Source: Thermoplasmata archaeon (GTDB lineage: Archaea; Thermoplasmatota; Thermoplasmata; GCA-020350865). From it: DNA of 64,000 nucleotides. A model generated the notes under the pieces. The model saw only the letters and a program-made list of their open reading frames with translations. It had not been told where the DNA came from and searched no databases. This document shows, piece after piece, positions 55,006 through 64,000 of the stretch; position 1 is the first letter of the stretch, and the number at the start of each line of letters is the position of its first letter. Location of the stretch: the NCBI GenBank assembly GCA_020348445.1, contig CP070751.1, positions 2,712,750 to 2,776,749 of the forward strand, written 5' to 3'. The position numbers and the translations under genes were made by a program.

Positions 55006-55884
55006 GTGTCTAGAATGTCCAACGATAGCAACTTTGGATACAACCGCACAACACCCTTTCAAAACATCACAGAAAACTTGGTGATACCCACACATCTTAA
55101 GGTCTTCCTACCGAGAAAGTGGGAACTGATAGGTGATGTTCTACTCATGAAGATACCAGTGGAGTTGGAGCCTTTAAGGGAGGATATCGCCTGTGCATAT
55201 GCCAAGGAGCTGGGTGCCAAGACCGTACTTCAGGATATGGGAATTACGGGCAATCTAAGGGAGCCGAAGGTGGAGCTTCTTTGGGGCAGTGAAACTGAGA
55301 CCATACACAAGGAAAACGGTGTTTCGTTCAAACTCGACTGCGCAAGGCTCATGTTCTCTTCAGGTAACATAGACGAGAGAATCAGGATGGCTACAATTGC
55401 TGAAAAGGATGAGATTGTGGTGGACATGTTCGCGGGAATAGGATTTTTCTCAATTCCAATTGCAGTCCATTCTAAACCAAGGAAGATTTATGCCTGCGAG
55501 CTGAATCCAGCTGCCTATGATTATCTTTGTGAAAGTGTTCAAATAAATGATGTGGGGGACATTGTAAATCCTGTCCTTGGTGATAATCGGAATTTTCAAA
55601 GGGAGGGCATTGCAGATAGGATCGTCATGGGATATCTTGAGGATACACACCTTTTCCTTCCCAAAGCCCTTTCAATTCTGAAAAAAGAGGGGGGGGTGAT
55701 ACATTACCACGAGAAGTGTCCCAATGAACTACTAAATTCCCGGCCCCTTGAGAATGTGAAAAAAGAGGTAGTGAAGATAGGGCGGAAGATGGAGCTATTA
55801 GAAATGAGAACTGTAAAATCCTATGCTCCTGGAGTTTCACATGTTGTTTTGGATATTAAGATTGAAAGTAGGATCACTAAATAG
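55006..55884 (+). CDS. taw2: Trm5/TYW2-family SAM-dependent tRNA enzyme, most like Taw2 aminocarboxypropyltransferase
   Basis: WELIGDV, TIHKENG..F.LD...MFS.GN..ER, DMFAGIGFFS, DRIVMGY (TYW2-type), VKSYAPGV.H; lacks an N-terminal D1 domain. Confidence 0.78.
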   Translation: MSRMSNDSNFGYNRTTPFQNITENLVIPTHLKVFLPRKWELIGDVLLMKIPVELEPLREDIACAYAKELGAKTVLQDMGITGNLREPKVELLWGSETETIHKENGVSFKLDCARLMFSSGNIDERIRMATIAEKDEIVVDMFAGIGFFSIPIAVHSKPRKIYACELNPAAYDYLCESVQINDVGDIVNPVLGDNRNFQREGIADRIVMGYLEDTHLFLPKALSILKKEGGVIHYHEKCPNELLNSRPLENVKKEVVKIGRKMELLEMRTVKSYAPGVSHVVLDIKIESRITK

Positions 55885-55942
55885 GTAATTTATGGATGGA
55901 GAACCTAGAACTAATTACTTAAAGTTTGAGATAACGAAATGA

Positions 55943-56395
55943 TTACATGCTTTTATTTCGCGACCTAGGTGGCTCAGTATTTTGTAATGATTCTTTCCGC
56001 TTCTTCTCCTTTTGTTTTTTATAAATAGCGATTTCAATGGACGCCCGAATCTCCTGATCCTGTACAGGTTTGACTATGTATCCCGCTGGCTCGCAGATTT
56101 TCGCTTTTTCAACGATTTTATCATCTGCAAAGGCAGTCATAAAAATGACAGGTAAATCCAGTTCGTTTTTTATCTCTGCAGCTGCATCCATACCTGTTTT
56201 TTCTCCTGGCATTATTATGTCCATGATAATCAAATCTGGATATAATTCCCTAGCCTTCGTAAGAGCCTCTTCTGCATTTGATGCAGTTCCCACCACATTA
56301 TATCCCATGTTCGAGAGGAGTTTCTCCATGTGCATTGTTATTATTTTTTCATCATCAACAAGCAAAATTCTGATTTTTTCTCCTTTTTGTGGCAT
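55943..56395 (-). CDS. Stand-alone response regulator (REC)
   Basis: LLVDDE, PDLIIMDIIMPG, IFMTA, YIVKP. Confidence 0.92.
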   Translation of the reverse strand: MPQKGEKIRILLVDDEKIITMHMEKLLSNMGYNVVGTASNAEEALTKARELYPDLIIMDIIMPGEKTGMDAAAEIKNELDLPVIFMTAFADDKIVEKAKICEPAGYIVKPVQDQEIRASIEIAIYKKQKEKKRKESLQNTEPPRSRNKSM

Positions 56396-59300
56396 TATTT
56401 AACATCCTCCCTTGGTACCTCTATTACGAATTCTGTTCCATCCTTTCTGATTATCTCTATATCTCCTGAAAGTTGTTCTGTTAAGTTCTTCACAATTTTC
56501 AATCCAAGTGTTTCCGATTTATTGATATCGATATCAGGTGATAATCCTATACCATCATCTTTTACCACCATTGATATGTTTGGGCCAAGATCCTTGAGAA
56601 TGATGCATATACTGCCCTGATCTTTGTTTACGAAGGCGTGTTTTAATGCGTTGAAAATAAGCTCATTGGCGATGAGGGCCATAGGTATGGCTTGGTCTGT
56701 GTTTAATTGGATGTCGTCTCCCTCAACACTGTAATTGACTTTCATATCTTTATGCGTTTTAAACTTCAAAAGGTCGGTTAACAATTCTTCAATGAAGTTC
56801 TTCAGATTCAAGCCACTGATTGTTTGTCCTTCATATGCTCTTGAATAAATGAGGGCAATAGTCTCTATCACGCTTTGAATCTCTTGAAACTTCTTTACCA
56901 TAGCATCATCTTTTGCCTGCATGCTTTGCATGCTCACCATGCTGGATAACAGTTGGAGGTTGTTCTTGACCCGATGTTTCAATTCCTTGAACAGGAGTTC
57001 TCTCTCCTTTAGGGAGCGTTTAAGTTCTTTTTCCTGTTTCTTGCGTTCCGTGATATCAGTTACTATACCAAGAATCGCGTTCTCCCCCTCGAATTTAATT
57101 AATTTAGTCGTACAAATTCCCTCGATTCGTTTACCTTCTTTTGTGATGATGGCATATTCAAGTGTGCCTACTTCCTCACCCCTCATATGAGCAGCGAAGT
57201 TGGACCTTAATTTTTCTTTATACTCAGGTGCAATTAATTTGAGATAGTCAAAATCTGTTGAGTATAATTCCTCTCTTTTATATCCCATAATTTCCTCGCA
57301 TTTCTCATTTGCATATACTATGGGACCCAATTTGTTTATAAAGATCATATTAGGTGATTTTTCTGCAAGATTCCTGAATTTTTCTTCACTTTCCCGTATC
57401 ACTTCCTCGACGTTTTTACGATCAGTTATATCATTGAATGTCGTGTACACTTGATATGGCTTGTCCTCCCCAGGCTTAAATTGCGGTATGGCATTGATAT
57501 TTATCCAATTATAATCCATCTTTTCTGGATTAAAAATACCCATTATCACATTCCGTACCTCGTTTCCAGTCCCAAGAGCAACCATTGATGGATGATCCTC
57601 TCCTAAAAAATCAGAGCCATCTTCACGTACTGCCTTCCATCGGGGGTCCTTAGATGTCCTACCTAGCATTTCATCCAATGTCAAACCTAAGATTCTTTCA
57701 GCGGCAGGATTAGCTGAAATAATTTTTCCATCTGCCGCTTGATATACAACACCTTGTGCCATAGTCTCGAATAAAGTTCGATGTTTCTTTTCACTTTCAC
57801 GAAGTGCTAATACAGCTTGTTTACTGTCCGTAATATCCTCTAATATGGTAGCAAAATAACCTTTTTCAGGACTATAAGCGGTGATAGAGAACCATTTCCC
57901 AGTTTGTTCCAGATACTCCTCAAAACGAATCTCCCCTTCCTGTAAAGCCACGGCAGCAGCCTTCTCTATCCAACCTGCCGCATCATTTTCGATATCGGGA
58001 AATATTTCAGTGACCCGTTTTCCTATGATTTCCTCTCTGCGTAAACCCGTCATTCTCTCAAAAGCTGGATTCACCTCTAGGAACGAAAAATCTACAGGAT
58101 TTTTATTTTCATCCAATTCGATTTTATGGTATGTAAAACCGTCGATCATATTGTTGAATAAAGCATGGTACCGCTTTTTGCTATTACGGAGAGCTTCTTC
58201 AGCCTGCTTGCGATCAGTGACATCATGAAGAATGGTCTGTATTGCTGGCTTGTCTTTGTATGAAAAGGAAGTGGTAAACCCTTCCACATATCGCGATGTT
58301 CCATCCATTCGAACTATTCTTGCATCAACAATTGGAGGTTCTTTTTCCCCATTTGCTATTTGACGCATTCGTCCCTTTACATTATCTTTACTTTCGGAGT
58401 GTACGAAATCGAGAAGAGGTTTACCAATAAGATCCTCTGGATTTTTTACACCAACAAGTTTCGCTGCTGCGGGATTGACAAAGATAATAATGCCCTCACT
58501 GTGTACAACTATGGCATTGGGAATCTGCTCTATGAGCACCCGATACTTTTTCTCGCTCTCCCGCAATGCCTTTTCGGTCTTTTTTCGCTCAGTTATATCG
58601 GAAAGAATCCCCTGCATTCCGATAGTCCCATCTTCCGAATATACTGGTCGACTTGAAGTGAGTACCCATCGAATCTCACCAGATTTGGTTAAAATTCTGT
58701 ACTCATTTGATGAAAGATTGCCTGATAGAATACTCTGGATATTCTTGGTTAAATAAGGTAAATCTTCTTCATAAACATATTCTTTAAAAGATCGGCCGAT
58801 TATATTTGAGGGATTATATCCCAATAAAGCTTCTATTGCAGGACTGACATAGGTTATTTCCCCATCTAAATTTACTCTGTAAATGACTTCGTTTATATTT
58901 TCTACTAAATCACGAAACTTATCCTCACTTTCCCTCAAAGCCTCCTCAGATATTTTTTGCTCGGTGATGTCGGTTATGATAAGTCCAAGACCATCGCCCA
59001 CTTTAAAGCTCTTAACTGCTAAATGAACATCTCCAAATTTTGGATGGGGAACAAGATCCTCAACAAATGAGGGATTTCCTGATTTAATAACCTCCATATA
59101 CTCATTGAGTCTATCAGTGGCCTTTATATATGGCATAATGTCCACGATATTCTTTCCCAGTATCTCCTTTCTGGGAATCCCAAAGGTCATCAATGTAGCA
59201 CTATTTACATCTAAAAGATTCAGTTGTGAATCGAAAAGAGCAAAGCCATCGGTTGCAGATTCCATAAATGTCCTTATCTGTTCTTCGCGTATTTGGAGCT

Positions 59301-60210
59301 GTTTTTCTGCCAACTTTCGCTCGGTTATATCCTGTTGGAAACCAATCATAGAGATAAAATTCCCTTTCTTATCCAACATTTTATAAATCAACGCTTGTAT
59401 GTAAAATAATTCACCATTTTTCTTTTTATTAAGAATTTCTCCTTCCCAATACCCCTTTTCCTCAAGAGCTTCATAGATCTCCTTTTGCGTCCCTTCTGCG
59501 TTTGAATCTGCGTTGAGTATGCCGGGATCCTTTCCTAAAAGTTCTCCTTTCTCATAACCAAACATTTTTTCAGTAGAGGGATTTACATAGTTTATCATAT
59601 AGTTTTTATCAGTTGTAATAACTGAAAATGGAACACTTCGCATCACTTCTTTGTAGAAAATGTTTTGAGCCTCTGCGCGCTTTCGCTCAATAACCTCTTT
59701 CCTCAAATCCTCATTAGCCTTTTGTAGATCAGCTGTGCGTTCTTTTACACGTTCCTCCAATTCATCCCGGGCTTTTCTTAATTCCTCCTCTATTTCTTTT
59801 CTTTGGGTGATGTTTCTCGCGATTCCGAAAGCGGCAGAAACCTTTTTCTCGGAATCAAAAATTGGAGCTGCATTGTTTAGGATATGGATATAAGAACCAT
59901 CTTTGGTTCTATATCTGTATTCGAGATCATTTACCGTTTTCCCTTCTATTAATAGGGCGAATCTCTCTTTAACAACCTCGAGATCATCTGGGTGGACCAA
60001 TTCAAATCCATTTATCTTTTTCATTTCCTCCTCAGAATAGCCTAGGTGTTTCTGAACCGCATTATTGGTAAACAGAAAATTTCCCATAAGATCTACAGTA
60101 AAAATTATATCGTCAGATGTTTCTACTAAAGTGCGGTATATTTCATCGGACTTTTGAAGAACCTTTTCTACAGAATCATGTTGGTATTCATTTTTTTTCC
60201 TTTCCATCAT
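56395..60210 (-). CDS. Cytoplasmic sensor histidine kinase with 8 PAS domains (HisKA_2 type)
   Basis: Eight PAS/PAC units; H-box ELKHRVKNNLQ, N-box NELIFNALKHAF, G-box DDGIG, TLGL.IV..L; no TM segment. Confidence 0.93.
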   Translation of the reverse strand: MMERKKNEYQHDSVEKVLQKSDEIYRTLVETSDDIIFTVDLMGNFLFTNNAVQKHLGYSEEEMKKINGFELVHPDDLEVVKERFALLIEGKTVNDLEYRYRTKDGSYIHILNNAAPIFDSEKKVSAAFGIARNITQRKEIEEELRKARDELEERVKERTADLQKANEDLRKEVIERKRAEAQNIFYKEVMRSVPFSVITTDKNYMINYVNPSTEKMFGYEKGELLGKDPGILNADSNAEGTQKEIYEALEEKGYWEGEILNKKKNGELFYIQALIYKMLDKKGNFISMIGFQQDITERKLAEKQLQIREEQIRTFMESATDGFALFDSQLNLLDVNSATLMTFGIPRKEILGKNIVDIMPYIKATDRLNEYMEVIKSGNPSFVEDLVPHPKFGDVHLAVKSFKVGDGLGLIITDITEQKISEEALRESEDKFRDLVENINEVIYRVNLDGEITYVSPAIEALLGYNPSNIIGRSFKEYVYEEDLPYLTKNIQSILSGNLSSNEYRILTKSGEIRWVLTSSRPVYSEDGTIGMQGILSDITERKKTEKALRESEKKYRVLIEQIPNAIVVHSEGIIIFVNPAAAKLVGVKNPEDLIGKPLLDFVHSESKDNVKGRMRQIANGEKEPPIVDARIVRMDGTSRYVEGFTTSFSYKDKPAIQTILHDVTDRKQAEEALRNSKKRYHALFNNMIDGFTYHKIELDENKNPVDFSFLEVNPAFERMTGLRREEIIGKRVTEIFPDIENDAAGWIEKAAAVALQEGEIRFEEYLEQTGKWFSITAYSPEKGYFATILEDITDSKQAVLALRESEKKHRTLFETMAQGVVYQAADGKIISANPAAERILGLTLDEMLGRTSKDPRWKAVREDGSDFLGEDHPSMVALGTGNEVRNVIMGIFNPEKMDYNWININAIPQFKPGEDKPYQVYTTFNDITDRKNVEEVIRESEEKFRNLAEKSPNMIFINKLGPIVYANEKCEEIMGYKREELYSTDFDYLKLIAPEYKEKLRSNFAAHMRGEEVGTLEYAIITKEGKRIEGICTTKLIKFEGENAILGIVTDITERKKQEKELKRSLKERELLFKELKHRVKNNLQLLSSMVSMQSMQAKDDAMVKKFQEIQSVIETIALIYSRAYEGQTISGLNLKNFIEELLTDLLKFKTHKDMKVNYSVEGDDIQLNTDQAIPMALIANELIFNALKHAFVNKDQGSICIILKDLGPNISMVVKDDGIGLSPDIDINKSETLGLKIVKNLTEQLSGDIEIIRKDGTEFVIEVPREDVK

Positions 60211-61943
60211 TTCATCATCCCCTTTCTTTTGGCTATGGATTGTTCCAGAGTGGTTATAAGTTGGATCTTAGTTACAGGTTTTATAAGATATTCGTCCACA
60301 CCCATTGACGTTAATTTTGTCTTTATCTTGCTGTCTAGCGATGATGTAAAAACCACAATGCATGCTGAGGGATCATAGTCCATAATCCTCTTCGTTGCCT
60401 CGATCCCGTTTCCTCCTTTTACAAATATATCCATTAGGACAACATCGGGTTTAACATCGTTCTCGCACAGCTCCTTATAACGGTCGAAAGCGCCTTGGCC
60501 ATTGTCAACCGCACCAACAACATCGAAATCTGCCTCGGAAAAAATATCCTTTAATAAATCAACCATGACCTTCGAATCTTCTACAATAAGTACTTTATTC
60601 TTTTTTCCAGAATCTCCAAATCTATATTGAATATCGGTTAAGGCTCGCAGATAATTTAATTTCTCGATCAGCACAGCCTGCAAAGAGGTTCTATCATTTT
60701 TATTAAGTGGTAATATATATTTGGGTTCAGTTAGCAATTCCAATATCATGCTCAAGACCGTTTTTGAAGGGACTTTTTTAGAAGGTTCAAGATCCAAATC
60801 TTTTTTAACCTCTGTAATGATGGATGTTGCTTCCTCTAAAGCAAAATACTTCTTTAATATATTCATAAGTTGTTGTTCTGTATCTTCTGAAATCATGTCT
60901 TTTTTCTCTCCGGATGGTGAGGCAAACATTTTAGTGGTTGGCTCAGGATTTAAATTCACATTAAAACTGGAATTATCTAAAGAAAAATAATTAAAATTGA
61001 TGTTTTCGTAAGATATAATGGTATTGGACATGAAATCATTGATCTTTTGCTGGCCGTTTAACAGTTCCCTAATATTTAAAAAGACAGATAGTATAAATAT
61101 ATTATCTTTATCATTTACACATAATATTATAGTGGGATCAGAACACAAGTTGGAAAGTATTTTTTTTTCCACTACCTTACCCTCTAGTCTGATATTGAAC
61201 CATGCCAATATCGAGAAACCAAAGTCGCTGAGATTTGGTTTGATGGTGCTTTTTACGATACCCCGTTTAATAAGTGACTTTCTTAATTTGGTTATGGTTG
61301 GATGCGATACATTTATAGTTTGTGATCGTTGGAAATCAGAAGGCTGCGAATCTCTTAAAAGGCTCTGTATAATGATCTTCTCATTCTTTTTTAATTCATC
61401 AAAAGACCATGTTGATAAATTATGATTAATCTTTGCTGGTATATTTATATTGAGTGTTTTGCACAACAGATGACCGTAGTCAAAATATCTCCAAACTTTC
61501 ACATTATCTGTATCGAACCAGATTTTATTTATGTCAAAGGTCATTTCATTTATATATTGCTCATTGACTGTGGAGGTTTGTTCTTTTAAAAGATCGCTTT
61601 CCTTTGGAGGAACCAGACCCATAACCAACCATGATATATTATCTGAAGCCATGAAAAAGGGAGTAGCGGGGTGTGTAACAAAACCTGTTATAGTATTTCG
61701 GACATCATTGGGGAACTGAAACCGATATTTCCCACTTGCAATTATAACTAAACCCGAATCAATATTGAAGAACTCAGGAACATACTTTTTCTTTATCATC
61801 CCTTTCTCATTTAATCTTTGTTTAGCAGTAGAAATTGTGGAGGTATTAACAGAGAGTATTTTTGCTAACATTTTATTGCTTTCTTCTGGATAATGGGAGA
61901 TTCCGCACAGAACCTTTCTCATGTTTCCCGACAATTTCTGCAT
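60207..61943 (-). CDS. Tandem Lrp/AsnC-like wHTH protein with C-terminal REC domain
   Basis: Two HTH (NKMLAKILSVNTSTISTAKQRL; FQRSQTINVSHPTITKLRKSL); REC VLIVEDS..DVVLMDIFV..VFTS..LIKP. Confidence 0.78.
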   Translation of the reverse strand: MQKLSGNMRKVLCGISHYPEESNKMLAKILSVNTSTISTAKQRLNEKGMIKKKYVPEFFNIDSGLVIIASGKYRFQFPNDVRNTITGFVTHPATPFFMASDNISWLVMGLVPPKESDLLKEQTSTVNEQYINEMTFDINKIWFDTDNVKVWRYFDYGHLLCKTLNINIPAKINHNLSTWSFDELKKNEKIIIQSLLRDSQPSDFQRSQTINVSHPTITKLRKSLIKRGIVKSTIKPNLSDFGFSILAWFNIRLEGKVVEKKILSNLCSDPTIILCVNDKDNIFILSVFLNIRELLNGQQKINDFMSNTIISYENINFNYFSLDNSSFNVNLNPEPTTKMFASPSGEKKDMISEDTEQQLMNILKKYFALEEATSIITEVKKDLDLEPSKKVPSKTVLSMILELLTEPKYILPLNKNDRTSLQAVLIEKLNYLRALTDIQYRFGDSGKKNKVLIVEDSKVMVDLLKDIFSEADFDVVGAVDNGQGAFDRYKELCENDVKPDVVLMDIFVKGGNGIEATKRIMDYDPSACIVVFTSSLDSKIKTKLTSMGVDEYLIKPVTKIQLITTLEQSIAKRKGMMK

Positions 61944-62304
61944 AAATATCGTCTATTGTAACTCAGAGCAAATATATTAATATATCTATTAAAATGAGAT
62001 ATATTGAAAAAAAGCAATAAAGAATCATCTGTATGCTCTTACTTTTTTCGAACTATCCCATATCTTTGGTAAAGGAAAAAGAGACCTTGGCCTTCCATCA
62101 ACAAGGCTGGTGTTCTACGGATGGGATATGGGGAGTTGCGTGAAAAAGGTTAATTAAATAACTCATCTAAGGAGAAATCGAGATGGGCAATAAGGTTGAT
62201 TTGGAGTCTCATAATCAAGAAAGGAAAGAGAAATATTTCAGAGTTGTAAGGAATTACAAGGCAGAGAGATCTAAAAGTGAGACCTAATAAAAATTCTGTT
62301 CTTT

Positions 62305-63999
62305 CTAATAAAGAGGAGGCTGTGACGGCGGCCTCCTGTATGGTTCTTGTGGATTTATCCTTCTGTTTGATTCCCATCCTGTGTTTTGCCCCTCATATGT
62401 CACAACTTTCGGAATAACTTCTTGTACCTGAGCTGGTTTATCTCCCTTTTTTCCTCCTAAAAGATACCCCACAAGTAATGCAACTACACCGATTATGATA
62501 CACAATAGTATCCATATGAAATCGAACTGCGATCCCTCACCTTCCTTATCTCCAGGTTCAGATCCACCATCTCCACCATCTCCATCTCCACCATCTCCAT
62601 CTCCACCATCCCCATCTCCACCATCACCACCAACCCCATCATCACCATCTCCATCACCGTCTCCATCTCCTTCGGCAACATCGATGGATTTGCTAGATTT
62701 TTCTTTTCTAGCTGCATCAGAATGGTCTATCTCCACTTCTAATATTAATGACTCACCTTCCTTATCAGGAACCTCCCAGTCAACGGACACCTCTTTAGTT
62801 TCTCCGAAGTCCAAATCAATGCTCTTTGAGCCGATGGCCTTTCCCCCGTACAGGAAAGTCACAGAGATATCGTCCGCATTCCCACCATTATTTTGCACAT
62901 AGGCAGTGATCGTGATCCTATCTTTGGGATTGGGATTGGAATTGTTGAATTTGATCTCTTCTCCATAAAATGAGAAATCAGGTCTGAGATCCAAGTATAT
63001 GGTAGCCTCATTGTTGCCCTCGTTTATCTCCTGTATCGGTACTGCCTTCACTTTTAGCTCTACCTGTTCAGCCACCACGGTCCATCTGAAGTCTACATCC
63101 CTCTGGCCCATTGGATCCAAGGAGGAAATGGATTTGGTATCCACCACAGTGCTGCCCTCGTAGAATTTGACCTGAATACTTTCGGCCCTACTTGTGCCCT
63201 CATTATGAACAGTAGCTGTTATCGTAATAGCAGTTCCCACACGACCTTTTAGATATTCTGTGTCTTCGAGTCCTGAAATGTCCCCCGAGGAAATAACCAG
63301 ATCTGGCATTACCACAGATATCGTGATAACCACATGCTGGGATTCCACTGATGGATCAGCTGATGATACAACATAAACATCCATTTCATAATCGTCCACA
63401 TCCCCATCAGGGGGTATTGTAAATTCTATTTGAAAGGTTATTGTTTCACCAGGTTCCAAAATATCAGGGATAATCTTGGGAGTAAAGTCCCAATCCTCTG
63501 GGAGATCCCCCACTATAACCTCTATGCTGTCCTCGTCTATGTTGCCGTAGTTGGTTACCCTGAATGAGAACTCTGGAGATTTTTCATTTGGATTATAATC
63601 CTTTTGGGGTAATCCACTGCCTGCATAAGCAAGATCCAGCTCCACCCATTGCTCTACATTGGTTGAAACCATTGCTGAATCGTGAACACCCTCTAAAATT
63701 GTTGAAGTCGCTTTTAAGGTGATAGGATATATCTGATATGCTATGGTTTCACCAGCACCTGGTATCGTTACCCTCACGATAACATCAACAAAGTAACCTG
63801 GAACGCCCAAAGCCTGCAGTGTAACTTCAGATATGGGATTCTCGGAGGTGTCCAAAATCTCTGCCCAATCCTTGTTGGGGCCTTCTAGCGTCAACAAAAA
63901 GGTATCTTGAGTGTTGCCGGAATTTTGGATTTCGACTAAGTAATCTATAATATCCTCCGGATAGCCATCATCCCCCTGATTATCGGGTGTTAATGTTAC
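62305..63999 (-). CDS. CARDB/NEW3-domain surface protein with Gly-Asp linker and C-terminal TM (5'-truncated by window edge)
   Basis: Frame is open to 63999 (VTLTPDNQGDDG...); PDLVISSGDI..ITATVHNEG CARDB; WILLCIIIGVVALLVGYLLG TM. Confidence 0.82.
   Translation of the reverse strand, partial: VTLTPDNQGDDGYPEDIIDYLVEIQNSGNTQDTFLLTLEGPNKDWAEILDTSENPISEVTLQALGVPGYFVDVIVRVTIPGAGETIAYQIYPITLKATSTILEGVHDSAMVSTNVEQWVELDLAYAGSGLPQKDYNPNEKSPEFSFRVTNYGNIDEDSIEVIVGDLPEDWDFTPKIIPDILEPGETITFQIEFTIPPDGDVDDYEMDVYVVSSADPSVESQHVVITISVVMPDLVISSGDISGLEDTEYLKGRVGTAITITATVHNEGTSRAESIQVKFYEGSTVVDTKSISSLDPMGQRDVDFRWTVVAEQVELKVKAVPIQEINEGNNEATIYLDLRPDFSFYGEEIKFNNSNPNPKDRITITAYVQNNGGNADDISVTFLYGGKAIGSKSIDLDFGETKEVSVDWEVPDKEGESLILEVEIDHSDAARKEKSSKSIDVAEGDGDGDGDGDDGVGGDGGDGDGGDGDGGDGDGGDGGSEPGDKEGEGSQFDFIWILLCIIIGVVALLVGYLLGGKKGDKPAQVQEVIPKVVTYEGQNTGWESNRRINPQEPYRRPPSQPPLY
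62564..62670 (-). repeat. Intragenic Gly-Asp low-complexity repeat (GDGDG/GGDGD)
   Basis: CCATCT/CCACCATCT-rich tandem units encoding EGDGDGDGDDGVGGDGGDGDGGDGDGGDGDGGDGG. Confidence 0.85.
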
Positions 64000-64000
64000 A

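Overview
This is an archaeal chromosomal segment, most consistent with an uncultured Thermoplasmata lineage. That assignment is an inference from the thermosome, L10e/uL16, intron-containing tRNA-Tyr, queC/queE, Taw2, iorAB, GGTGA-type RBSs and giant surface proteins with PKD, CARDB, beta-helix or PEF-CTERM-like features. It holds about 52 supportable CDSs: housekeeping and metabolic genes (larB, queEC, CbiX-like, acyl-CoA dehydrogenase, 3-hydroxyacyl-CoA dehydrogenase/enoyl-CoA hydratase, iorAB, dcd, ogg, adenylate kinase, thermosome, rpl10e), transporters (CPA2, MMPL/RND, split MgtE with PhoU/TrkA-C), a two-component operon with an 8-PAS kinase, and several large surface proteins. I found no rRNA, CRISPR array, cas gene, integrase or transposase. 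The most unusual items are: (1) a CRISPR-less stand-alone CARF gene overlapping a PIN nuclease gene; (2) a roughly 1,900-aa membrane protein with five tandem Cys5+SAP/HeH-like repeats on its predicted cytoplasmic side; (3) a tRNA-Tyr gene flanked by decaying copies of its own 3' end and by promoter+5'-end+hairpin modules; (4) a roughly 172-nt Y-shaped structured RNA candidate; (5) an IscS-like protein with Asp in place of the PLP lysine, in a DsrE-IscS-Isf cluster with no iscU; (6) a secreted CxxCH domain fused to a di-heme-b-like membrane domain. All domain calls come from motif recognition by eye; no database searches were run.
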